A stretch of DNA of 64,000 bases from Ignavibacteriales bacterium (lineage in GTDB: Bacteria > Bacteroidota > Ignavibacteria > UBA10030), in contig JACPLA010000021.1 of assembly GCA_016186715.1 (NCBI GenBank), positions 640 through 64,639 of the forward strand. The letters run 5' to 3'. Shown here in pieces: positions 27,084 to 35,414 of the stretch. The translations under genes and the position numbers were made by a program. The notes under the pieces were generated by a model, which was given only the letters and a program-made list of their open reading frames with translations, did no database searches and was not told the DNA's origin. Numbering within the stretch: the stretch's first letter is position 1; each line of letters opens with the position of its first letter.

Positions 27084-27467
27084 CTAGTTCGACATCGCTC
27101 GGAGAGTAAATCGGGGAATGACAATCCTGAACTGTTCACCCCCCGAACGCTTCATGAGGTACGTTCCTTCCATGGTCCCTTCCAGCGTCTCGAGAATGCA
27201 GTAGCTGTTGTAGTCGTGGGATCCGCCTGGTTGGATCACCGGTCGTTTTCCGATGACCCCCTCTCCTTCGACCTCTTCCAGCTTTCCGTTCGAATGCTTG
27301 ATGAGCCAATGACGGCGCAAGAGCTGAACGGGCTCCCGGCTCATGTTCTCGATCGTGATGAAATAGGCGAAGACGAACTTATGTTCAAGCGCGTTTGACT
27401 GCGCATCGAGATAGAGCGGCCTCACGGTCACCTTGATCTCTTCCGTGATTGCAGTGTAGGCATGCAT
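27084..27467 (-). CDS. apaG: ApaG (DUF525) protein
   Basis: 127 aa; KVTVRPLYLDAQSNALEHKFVFAYFITIEN is characteristic of ApaG. Confidence 0.85.
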   Translation of the reverse strand: MHAYTAITEEIKVTVRPLYLDAQSNALEHKFVFAYFITIENMSREPVQLLRRHWLIKHSNGKLEEVEGEGVIGKRPVIQPGGSHDYNSYCILETLEGTMEGTYLMKRSGGEQFRIVIPRFTLRAMSN

Positions 27468-27659
27468 GGGTCGACGATCTGCTCGAAGTGTTGTCCTTCA
27501 CTCTTCCCGCGATGCTAGTGCCCCTCCAACTAAATGTTTTTACAAACGAAGGGGCACAGTGTCCGTCCGACCTCGGCGAGTCCGATTACCGGACGAGACG
27601 GGTCGGCTGCAACTGAACGAAATGCTTGGTATGTGTCGAACAATTTAGTTGCAGACGCA

Positions 27660-28139
27660 CTAGTGATCTCCCCCCGGTTCATGTACATGGCCATGGTTCA
27701 ACTCTTCTTTTGTGGCCTCACGGACATCCACGACGGTAACATCAAAATTTAGCGTCTTCCCTGCCAGTGGATGATTGGCGTCGACAGTCACGGTCTTTTC
27801 TTTGACCTTCGTCACCGTCACGATATGAGCCCCCTGCTCGCCCTGAGCGCGAAACTGCATTCCCTTTTTGATTTCACCTGCGCCTTCAAACCGGTCGAGC
27901 GGGAGATCCACTATCTTTTCTTCATCCCACTCGCCGTATGCCTCTGCAGGAGGGACTGAAACCTTAACTGAATCGCCCCTTCCCTTCCCGTCCAGCGAAT
28001 TCTCCAGGCCTGGAATGACGTTCCCCTGGCCCTGGATATACGAGAGCGGCTCCTGTCCTTTGGAACTGTCGATAATCGTACCCTTTTCATCCGTGAGGGT
28101 GTAATCAATCGTAACCACTTTGTTTTTGGCGATTGTCAT
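27660..28139 (-). CDS. slyD: FKBP-type peptidyl-prolyl isomerase SlyD with a His-rich tail
   Basis: VVTIDYTLTDEKG...GQGNVIPGLENSL and a C-terminal HGHVHEPGGDH. Confidence 0.85.
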   Translation of the reverse strand: MTIAKNKVVTIDYTLTDEKGTIIDSSKGQEPLSYIQGQGNVIPGLENSLDGKGRGDSVKVSVPPAEAYGEWDEEKIVDLPLDRFEGAGEIKKGMQFRAQGEQGAHIVTVTKVKEKTVTVDANHPLAGKTLNFDVTVVDVREATKEELNHGHVHEPGGDH

Positions 28140-28229
28140 GAGTCCTCCGTGTCAACATGCTTGGAACACAGGATGAATTCCTTTTACTCTCCCCGCCCCT
28201 TGATAAGAAACAAAATCCCTTGCAGCGGC

Positions 28230-29018
28230 TCACTTCAGCCGCTCGACGTTCCATCGTTTCATCTCGTCCATCATGGAATAGTCGGTCAGATCGTACTGGA
28301 TCGGCGTGATCGACACATACCGGTTGGTCACCGCCCACTGATCGGCATCTCTGCTGCTGTTGTCGGCTTCCTGCAACGCTCCGGTCAGCCAGTAATATTC
28401 TTTGTTAGCTGGGTCCCGTCGCGCATCAAACGTGTCATCCCACGTCGACTTCCCCTGCCTTGTTACCAATACCCCTTTGATGTCCTGCGGTTTCAGCGGC
28501 GGTACGTTCACATTCAACAGAGTCCCTTTCGGCAGACCGTGGCTTGCCACCACGCGAGTGAGCTTGCGTGCAAATCGAGCAGCGTAGGTGAAGTCGGCTT
28601 TCCCGTACGTCGTCAGGGAGATGGCAAGAGAGGGAATCCCGAGGATCGTCCCTTCGGTCGCCGCAGAAACCGTTCCTGAATAAATAATACTGATTGCAGT
28701 ATTGGAGCCGTGGTTAATGCCGGAGACGATGATATCCGGCTTGCCTTGCAGCAGAGCCCGCACTGCAAGCTTCACGGCATCCGCCGGTGTTCCTTCCACT
28801 GCGTAGCCGAAAAACTTTCCGTTTTTCTGATATTGCCTGACGCGGAGGGGATAATTCATGGTAATGGCGTGACCGACAGCGCTTTGCTGCTTATCCGGAG
28901 CCACGACGGTCACGGTCCCAATCTTGCGCAATTCCTGGACGAGCGCGTAAATCCCCGGTGCATCGATCCCATCGTCATTGGAAACAAGGATGTTGAGTTT
29001 CCTGTCCGGTGCGTTCAT
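28230..29018 (-). CDS. surE: 5'/3'-nucleotidase SurE
   Basis: LNILVSNDDGIDAPGI motif. The start is taken at the internal Met of the 286-aa ORF. Confidence 0.85.
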   Translation of the reverse strand: MNAPDRKLNILVSNDDGIDAPGIYALVQELRKIGTVTVVAPDKQQSAVGHAITMNYPLRVRQYQKNGKFFGYAVEGTPADAVKLAVRALLQGKPDIIVSGINHGSNTAISIIYSGTVSAATEGTILGIPSLAISLTTYGKADFTYAARFARKLTRVVASHGLPKGTLLNVNVPPLKPQDIKGVLVTRQGKSTWDDTFDARRDPANKEYYWLTGALQEADNSSRDADQWAVTNRYVSITPIQYDLTDYSMMDEMKRWNVERLK

Positions 29019-29080
29019 ACGCTCAATGTAAGGAAATTTGGAGGGGGATACAACGATTCGACGGGGTCGGGACGAGGGGG

Positions 29081-29295
29081 GAAGCACCAAATCTCAATAA
29101 CCCCCGCCTGCCTTTTGTGATCCTTCCAGGCGGGCAGGAAATCACAAACAAATCCAAAATCGGAAATCACAGAAATTCGAAACGGCGGTGTTTCGATCAT
29201 TCCCAATTTTGGTCATTGGAGCCTTGTTTGAAAATTCCTGCCCGCCTGCAGGAGTCTTGAGTGCCAGGCGGGGTGCTTGAAATTTGGTGCTTAAG
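29081..29295. repeat. MITE-like intergenic element bounded by terminal inverted repeats gaagcaccaaatctca / tgaaatttggtgcttaag, with internal hairpins
   Basis: The TIRs were read directly. Internal palindromes include ccgcctgcc...ggcgggcagg. Related motifs (taagcaccaaatctca, TGTGATTTCC/TGTGATTTCGG, acagaaattcaaaacg-hairpin) recur at 24780-25075. Confidence 0.5.
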
Positions 29296-29337
29296 ACTGG
29301 TGTTTGAGCTTTTGGATTTGGTACGGTGAAATTTCCG

Positions 29338-30225
29338 TCATTTCCGAGACACAAGGCTAGTGTAACTCTCGTCTTTCGATGGGAATTTCTTCGACTTGAT
29401 GTCACTCACATACTTCCCCACCGAAGACCGGATCTCCTCGGCAAGATTGGCATAACGCCGGACAAAGCGAGGATGGAAATCTTCGTACAGGCCGAGCATG
29501 TCGGAAACCACAAGAATTTGTCCGTCGGTATGAATCCCTGCCCCAATACCGATCGTCGGAATTGACACCGATTGCGTGACCTTCGCGGCAAGCGTGGCGG
29601 GGATTTTTTCAAGCACGATCGAAAAAACTCCTGCTTCCTCAAGAACACGCGCCTCGGCAATGATTCTCCTTGCCTCTTCTTTTGTAGCCCCGCGCGGCTG
29701 GTAGCCGCCGAAGCTGTGAATGGACTGCGGCGTCAGGCCGAGATGACCCATGACGGGAATTCCGGCCTGCGCGGTCATCCGGATCATTTCTGCAACCCGC
29801 TCCCCTCCTTCCACCTTCACTCCCCCCGCCCCCGTTTCCTTCATGATCCGACCCGCATTCCGAAATCCCTCTTCGGGATTTCCCTGATAGGTCATGAAAG
29901 GCATGTCGACGATGACCAGGGCTCTCCTCACCCCCCTGACGACTGCCTTGGCATGGTAGAGCATGTCTTCGAGCGTCACGGGAAGCGTCGTCTCCTCACC
30001 CTGAAACACCATCGCCAGAGAATCGCCTACGAGAACAATCTCAACGCCTGCCTGATCCAGAAGCTTTGCGGTCACATAATCGTAGGCGGTCAAGCAGGCG
30101 ATCTTGTTTCCTTCCTTCTTCATCGCCATGACCGTCTTGGTCGTAACGCGTTTCACTTGCTGACCTGATTGCTGTGCCATCGTCAGTCCGCCCTTACGGG
30201 AATCTCGTGAAAATGTATCTGCCAC
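29338..30225 (-). CDS. panB: 3-methyl-2-oxobutanoate hydroxymethyltransferase PanB
   Basis: ACLTAYDYVTAKLLDQAGVEIVLVGDSLAMV... is the canonical PanB pattern. The start may be the internal Met. Confidence 0.85.
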   Translation of the reverse strand: MADTFSRDSRKGGLTMAQQSGQQVKRVTTKTVMAMKKEGNKIACLTAYDYVTAKLLDQAGVEIVLVGDSLAMVFQGEETTLPVTLEDMLYHAKAVVRGVRRALVIVDMPFMTYQGNPEEGFRNAGRIMKETGAGGVKVEGGERVAEMIRMTAQAGIPVMGHLGLTPQSIHSFGGYQPRGATKEEARRIIAEARVLEEAGVFSIVLEKIPATLAAKVTQSVSIPTIGIGAGIHTDGQILVVSDMLGLYEDFHPRFVRRYANLAEEIRSSVGKYVSDIKSKKFPSKDESYTSLVSRK

Positions 30226-30883
30226 GTGTGCTCACGGTCGAGAGATCCGTAGTACGAGCTTCCAGCTCCTCCTTGACGGTCCTCTTCTGCTGGTCACTGA
30301 GCCGCAGGAACTCTCCGAGACGCCTGTGCTCCCGGCTAAGGAGGATTGACCCGTGCTGCAGCACTGCTTCCCGTCCGTCCTCCCGCGCGTACCGCCTCTG
30401 CGCGCTGCCGACAATCTTCTTTCCATCGATCTTGACTTCATGCCGAGCCGAGCTCACAAAGCACGCAACGGAGGAAGGACTGCGGTACAGTCCGGGAAAA
30501 TTCGGCTGGGATCGTTCGAGGACGGCCCGAACGCCCAGCAAGCGCAACCCGCCGACCAGCGCGCGGCTAATTTCATTGTACACTCCGGCGACGCTTTTCG
30601 AATCTGCCACCATCGCCACGCTGTACGTGAGCTCGTCAGCGTGCAAGATCGCCCTCCCGCCCGTGGGGCGTCGTACCACATCGATGCCCGCACGCGCGGT
30701 TTTTTCCAGTTCGATAGCCTCAAGGGACTGATTCCAACCCAGGGAAACCGCCCACGGGCTCCAGCCGTAGACCCGAACGAAACACTCGTCTCCTCCCGTC
30801 GTGAGGGTCTGAACCAGTTCGCCGTCAACCCTCATGTTTTCCGAACCACTCTGATACCCGGTATTGACGAACTGCCATGCCAT
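30194..30883 (-). CDS. lipoate/octanoate-protein ligase family protein (BPL/LPL catalytic domain)
   Basis: LplA/LipM-like core (RRPTGGRAILH...KIDGKKIVGSAQRR). Confidence 0.7.
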   Translation of the reverse strand: MAWQFVNTGYQSGSENMRVDGELVQTLTTGGDECFVRVYGWSPWAVSLGWNQSLEAIELEKTARAGIDVVRRPTGGRAILHADELTYSVAMVADSKSVAGVYNEISRALVGGLRLLGVRAVLERSQPNFPGLYRSPSSVACFVSSARHEVKIDGKKIVGSAQRRYAREDGREAVLQHGSILLSREHRRLGEFLRLSDQQKRTVKEELEARTTDLSTVSTRGRYIFTRFP

Positions 30884-31680
30884 TAGTCGCGATGACGACT
30901 GATCCCTGGAATGATTCCGCGTTTGCTGGCCGCAATAAACTCGAGAATTTGTTGAACGGGCGGAATCATCTCGACATCGGATTTCACCCGCTCAACGGCT
31001 TGTGAGACGTTGAGATTCGACTTATAGAGAATTCGATAGGTATGGTCGATCAGCGTAATCGACTTGTCATCGAAGCCTCTTCTTCTTAAGCCAACCAAAT
31101 TCAGCCGCTCAAATGCCAGCGGATCCTGACCGGCAAGAACAAACGGTGGAACATCTTTCGAAACTCTGAACCCTCCGCCGATCATCGCATGATCTCCAAC
31201 TCTTACGAATTGGTGCACCGGCGTCAATCCCCCAATAATCACCCAATTTCCGAGCTCTACATGGCCCCCAAGTGCGACGCAATTTGCAAGAATGACCTTG
31301 TCACCAAGGTGGCAATCGTGAGCCACATGCGTATAGGCCATGAGCAGGCAATGACTCCCAACCCTCGTGATCCCGCTTTCTGCTGTTGCACGATTGAGCG
31401 TGGCAAACTCCCGAACCACAGTTCTTTCCCCCACCTCCAGATAGGTCTTTTCCCCTTTGTACTTCAGATCCTGCGGGGGACCTGCGATCGAGGCTCCGTT
31501 GAAGATCTTGCACTCCTTGCCGATTCTGGCGCCGTCATAGATCATAGCGTGGGAGCCCACCCACGTGCTGTCGCCGATGACAACGTCATCCTGAATAACG
31601 ACGAAAGGACCGATGATGACGCCCTCGCCAATCTCCGCTCGGGTACTCACAACGGCGCGGGGATCGATCTGCCTGCTCAT
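30883..31680 (-). CDS. lpxA: acyl-ACP--UDP-GlcNAc O-acyltransferase LpxA
   Basis: Hexapeptide repeats and the C-terminal LpxA domain. Confidence 0.9.
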   Translation of the reverse strand: MSRQIDPRAVVSTRAEIGEGVIIGPFVVIQDDVVIGDSTWVGSHAMIYDGARIGKECKIFNGASIAGPPQDLKYKGEKTYLEVGERTVVREFATLNRATAESGITRVGSHCLLMAYTHVAHDCHLGDKVILANCVALGGHVELGNWVIIGGLTPVHQFVRVGDHAMIGGGFRVSKDVPPFVLAGQDPLAFERLNLVGLRRRGFDDKSITLIDHTYRILYKSNLNVSQAVERVKSDVEMIPPVQQILEFIAASKRGIIPGISRHRD

Positions 31681-31695
31681 GAAATCGAAGTTGGG

Positions 31696-33144
31696 TTAGT
31701 TCACTCTGGAGAGATCGGGCTTCTGTTCGGGTTCCCTTGCCGCGGAATCCTGCCGGTCGACAATGGCCGCCGTGAAATCGCCCTCGGCAACCAGGCCTCC
31801 GTCAACGAAGGCCTTCCCCCGCACCTGAATGATCCTGGAACGCCGGCTGACCATTTCGACATCCAGGATCAGTTGGTCGCCGGGAATGACGGGTTTGCGG
31901 AACTTCACGTTGTTGATGGCCATGAAGTAGACAAGCTTGTTTCCGGGATTCTCAATCCCGTTCAGCAGCAAAACTCCGCCCGCCTGAGCAAGGGCTTCAA
32001 TGATCAGCACCCCGGGCATGACCGGCTGACCGGGAAAGTGCCCCTGGAAGAAAAATTCGCTCAAGGTCACACTCTTCACACCCACGACCCGCTTGTCCAT
32101 TTCGAAATCGATGATCTTGTCCACCAACAGGAAAGGGTAGCGGTGCGGAAGAATCCGCTGGATTGCATTCGTATCGAACACAATCCCTTCTTTCTTCTCG
32201 TGCTGGTATTTGCGAACGAGCTTCTTTTGCTGATACAGCTTTCGTACTTTCTTCGCAAATTCGACGTTGCTGGCGTGTCCCGGCCGCGCAGCCAGAATCT
32301 GGGCTCTCAGAGGCGCGCCGATCAGCGCCAAATCACCCATCAGATCGAGAAGCTTGTGGCGAGCAGGCTCGTTCCGATAATGAAGCTTCTTGTTATTCAG
32401 GGTCCCCGTGGTTCCAAGAATGACGGAATGGTCGATTCCGAGCTTGTGAGCGAGAGTTTTCAGATTTTCGGTTGAAATTTCACGATCGACGATGACGATC
32501 GCATTGTCCAGATTTCCACCTTTGATCAATCCCTGTGCGCGCAACGCTTCCACTTCGTGCAGAAAGCAAAACGTACGAGCAGACGAAAACTCCGACACAA
32601 ACTCTTTTTCCAGATTGAATAACCCCGTATGCTGACTCCCGAGGGCCGGATTGTTGTAGTCAATGACGACGGAAACGCGAAAATCATCCGTCGGGAGGGC
32701 GACAATGTCCACTCCCTTCTCTTCGTTCTGGTAGTGGATGGTTTGATCGATCACCAGATAATCTTTCGGCGCTTCCAATTCGTCAAAGCCCGCCTGTGTG
32801 AGCATTTCTACAAAAGGTTTGGCGCTCCCGTCGGCGATGGGAGGCTCAATATTGTCCAACTCGATAATGAGGTTGTCCACCTGCATCCCGACAACGGCAG
32901 CAAGAACGTGCTCGGTCGTGTGGACGCGGGCTTCGCCGACAGCCAGTGTCGTTCCCCGCGCGACATCGACCACATGATCAACGTCCGCCGGAATTTCCGG
33001 AGTTCCTCCCAAATCGACGCGACGAAACCGGATGCCGAAGCTCTCCGGCGCCGGTTTCAGCGTCATCCTTGTGGTGACGCCGGTATGAAGCCCGACCCCA
33101 TTCATCGAAACGGGCTTTTTGATCGTCCGCTGATGTACAAGCAT
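31696..33144 (-). CDS. lpxC/fabZ: bifunctional UDP-3-O-acyl-GlcNAc deacetylase / 3-hydroxyacyl-ACP dehydratase (LpxC-FabZ)
   Basis: N-terminal LpxC (HTTEHVLAA...) and C-terminal FabZ hotdog (ILPHRYPFLLVDKI...GHFPGQPVMPGVL). Confidence 0.9.
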   Translation of the reverse strand: MLVHQRTIKKPVSMNGVGLHTGVTTRMTLKPAPESFGIRFRRVDLGGTPEIPADVDHVVDVARGTTLAVGEARVHTTEHVLAAVVGMQVDNLIIELDNIEPPIADGSAKPFVEMLTQAGFDELEAPKDYLVIDQTIHYQNEEKGVDIVALPTDDFRVSVVIDYNNPALGSQHTGLFNLEKEFVSEFSSARTFCFLHEVEALRAQGLIKGGNLDNAIVIVDREISTENLKTLAHKLGIDHSVILGTTGTLNNKKLHYRNEPARHKLLDLMGDLALIGAPLRAQILAARPGHASNVEFAKKVRKLYQQKKLVRKYQHEKKEGIVFDTNAIQRILPHRYPFLLVDKIIDFEMDKRVVGVKSVTLSEFFFQGHFPGQPVMPGVLIIEALAQAGGVLLLNGIENPGNKLVYFMAINNVKFRKPVIPGDQLILDVEMVSRRSRIIQVRGKAFVDGGLVAEGDFTAAIVDRQDSAAREPEQKPDLSRVN

Positions 33145-33156
33145 ATCAACCTCGTG

Positions 33157-34215
33157 TTATGATTTCGATTCCAACTTGACGAGCAATTTTTCGACTTTCG
33201 TCTGAAGGTCCTTGAGATCATGTGCCAGTTCCGGGAGGGAACGTATCGTCGCTTCGATCCGCATCGCTTTACCCCGTTCCTTCGCCGGGTTCCCAAAGTA
33301 TGTCTTCCCGGGATCCTTGATGGACTTGGAAATACCCGATTGGGCGTAGATCACCGTTTTGTCTGCGATCTCGATATGCCCTACAAATCCAACCTGTCCG
33401 GCGACCATGACATTCTTCCCGATCTTCGTGCTCCCGCTGATTCCGGTCTGCGCCGCAATCACCGTATTCTCTCCAATGGTGACATTATGAGCCACCTGAA
33501 TGAGATTGTCGAGTTTGACCCCTTTCTTGATAAGGGTCTCCCCCAGTGTGGCCCTGTCCACTGAACAATTCGATCCAATCTCAACGTCGTCCTCGATCAC
33601 CACAATACCAAGCTGAGGAATTTTCTCAAAACTCCCCTCTCCGGTAGGGGCAAAGCCGAAACCGTCGCTTCCAATCACCGTTCCTGAATGAATGGTCACT
33701 CGGTTTCCGATCCGGCACTGATGAGAGACCGTCACGTTCGGATAGAGCAGACAATCGGTTCCAACTTCTGCCCGCGTTCCGATGACGCACGCATCGCCGA
33801 TCCGCGTGTTGTTCCCGATGATTGCTCCGTCTCCGACGACGACCAGTGCCCCGACGCCAACGTTGGTTCCCAAGGTCGCGGTCGGAGAAATAACGGCCGA
33901 GGGGTGCACCCCCTTGTAAAAGGGATCAACAGCGGGGGTCAGACGTTTGAGAACGTGAAGGAATGCGACATACGGGTCATCGACCTTGATGAGTGTCAGG
34001 GACTTCGGAGCGCCTGCCTTTTGCGGATCGAACGACCGTGAGACAAGGACCGCCGAGGCCTTTGTCGTGGCAATGTGTTTTTCGTACTTGGGATTCGCAA
34101 GGAAGGTCAGCCCCAAGGGTCCCGCTTCTTCAATCTTCGCAACCTTTGTAATATCAACAGTTCCGTCACCGACAACTTCTCCCTTCAGCCAGGCGGCAAT
34201 CTCGGAGACTTTCAT
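33157..34215 (-). CDS. lpxD: UDP-3-O-acylglucosamine N-acyltransferase LpxD
   Basis: Hexapeptide-repeat left-handed beta-helix and an LpxD N-terminal domain. Confidence 0.9.
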   Translation of the reverse strand: MKVSEIAAWLKGEVVGDGTVDITKVAKIEEAGPLGLTFLANPKYEKHIATTKASAVLVSRSFDPQKAGAPKSLTLIKVDDPYVAFLHVLKRLTPAVDPFYKGVHPSAVISPTATLGTNVGVGALVVVGDGAIIGNNTRIGDACVIGTRAEVGTDCLLYPNVTVSHQCRIGNRVTIHSGTVIGSDGFGFAPTGEGSFEKIPQLGIVVIEDDVEIGSNCSVDRATLGETLIKKGVKLDNLIQVAHNVTIGENTVIAAQTGISGSTKIGKNVMVAGQVGFVGHIEIADKTVIYAQSGISKSIKDPGKTYFGNPAKERGKAMRIEATIRSLPELAHDLKDLQTKVEKLLVKLESKS

Positions 34216-34222
34216 GGGTCGG

Positions 34223-34759
34223 TCAGTTTTGTCTTTGGCCGGGAGCCATCGTGGTCAGCCGTCCCAGGACTTTTTGAGTCAGATCATACTCTTCATTTGT
34301 GTACATCATCAGGATCTCGCCGCTCTTATCCAGAACATAGTCGTACCCCTCTTCCTTTGCAACGTCCTGAATGGCCTTGAACACCCGGTCTTGAACGGGC
34401 TTCATGAGTTCATTCTGTTTCTGGAACAACTCCCCGTTCTGGCCGAATTTCTGGGCGCGAAAATTCGCGATTCTCTGATCAAGATCACGAAGTCCTTTCT
34501 CCGTTTCCGCCCGCCGGGCGTCGGTCATGATGAGCTTTTTCTTATCATAGTCCGCGAATTTGTCCTCCCACTCCTTCTGAAGATTGTTCAGCTCCTGCTG
34601 CCATTCCACCACGAGCGCGTCAAGTTGCTTCTGGGCATCCTGGGCATCCGGTAGTTGCTTCATGATAGCATCGGTACTGATGTGCCCAATCTTTTGTTGC
34701 GCAGCCGCGGCAACCGGAGTCAGCACCGCCAGCAGCAAACATGGAAAAATCCGGTTCAT
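34223..34759 (-). CDS. skp: OmpH/Skp periplasmic chaperone
   Basis: Signal peptide plus a coiled-coil KE-rich sequence, next to bamA. Confidence 0.8.
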   Translation of the reverse strand: MNRIFPCLLLAVLTPVAAAAQQKIGHISTDAIMKQLPDAQDAQKQLDALVVEWQQELNNLQKEWEDKFADYDKKKLIMTDARRAETEKGLRDLDQRIANFRAQKFGQNGELFQKQNELMKPVQDRVFKAIQDVAKEEGYDYVLDKSGEILMMYTNEEYDLTQKVLGRLTTMAPGQRQN

Positions 34760-34795
34760 ACAGTTTCCTTCAAGGGGGTGTACACGCCGCCGCGC

Positions 34796-35344
34796 CTACT
34801 TAGACGACTTCGTGTCTCCGCGTTTCAACCGATCCAGAACTTTGTACGTCAGGTCGTATTTCGTCTCCGCATAGAGGAGGCCGATTTCATTGGCCTTGTC
34901 AAAGACAAAACTGAAACCCTCTTCTTTGGCAACGGCCTCAATATTCTTGAGGATTTTTTCCCGGATAGGCGCGAGTTTCTTGTCGCGCAGCTGCTGAGCC
35001 TCTCCGTTCTGTCCGAATTTTTGAACCTGGTAGTCGCGGGCCCGTTGCTGCATGTCGGCGAGCCTCCGCTGTTCTTCTTCCCGTTTGGCGGGGGCCAGCA
35101 CGGCTTCCTTCTTCTGGTAATCTTCGACCGACTTCTGAAACTCATCCGACATCTTCTGCAGCTCCTCTTGCCACCCCTTGAACACGGCTTCCAGTTCTTT
35201 CTGCGCTCCCTGTGCCTCCGGAAGATCATTGATGATCTTCTCGGAATCGACAAACGCTAGGCGCGGTACCTGGGCAAAGGCAGACGACGCAAAAAGCAGA
35301 AGTCCGAAGACCATAACACCGTTTGTTGTCACGGTATCCCTCAT
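34796..35344 (-). CDS. skp: OmpH/Skp periplasmic chaperone, second copy
   Basis: Paralog of the preceding gene. Confidence 0.8.
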   Translation of the reverse strand: MRDTVTTNGVMVFGLLLFASSAFAQVPRLAFVDSEKIINDLPEAQGAQKELEAVFKGWQEELQKMSDEFQKSVEDYQKKEAVLAPAKREEEQRRLADMQQRARDYQVQKFGQNGEAQQLRDKKLAPIREKILKNIEAVAKEEGFSFVFDKANEIGLLYAETKYDLTYKVLDRLKRGDTKSSK

Positions 35345-35414
35345 GTGTTAATGAATGATAAACAATTTGGATTGAAGAGCACGATGGCTTCCAAGCCTCC
35401 CGTCGTTCGCTTTC

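Noticed and set aside
31189-32475. 428-aa plus-strand ORF
   Set aside because: It lies antisense to lpxA and lpxC/fabZ, which have strong homology. No domain signature.
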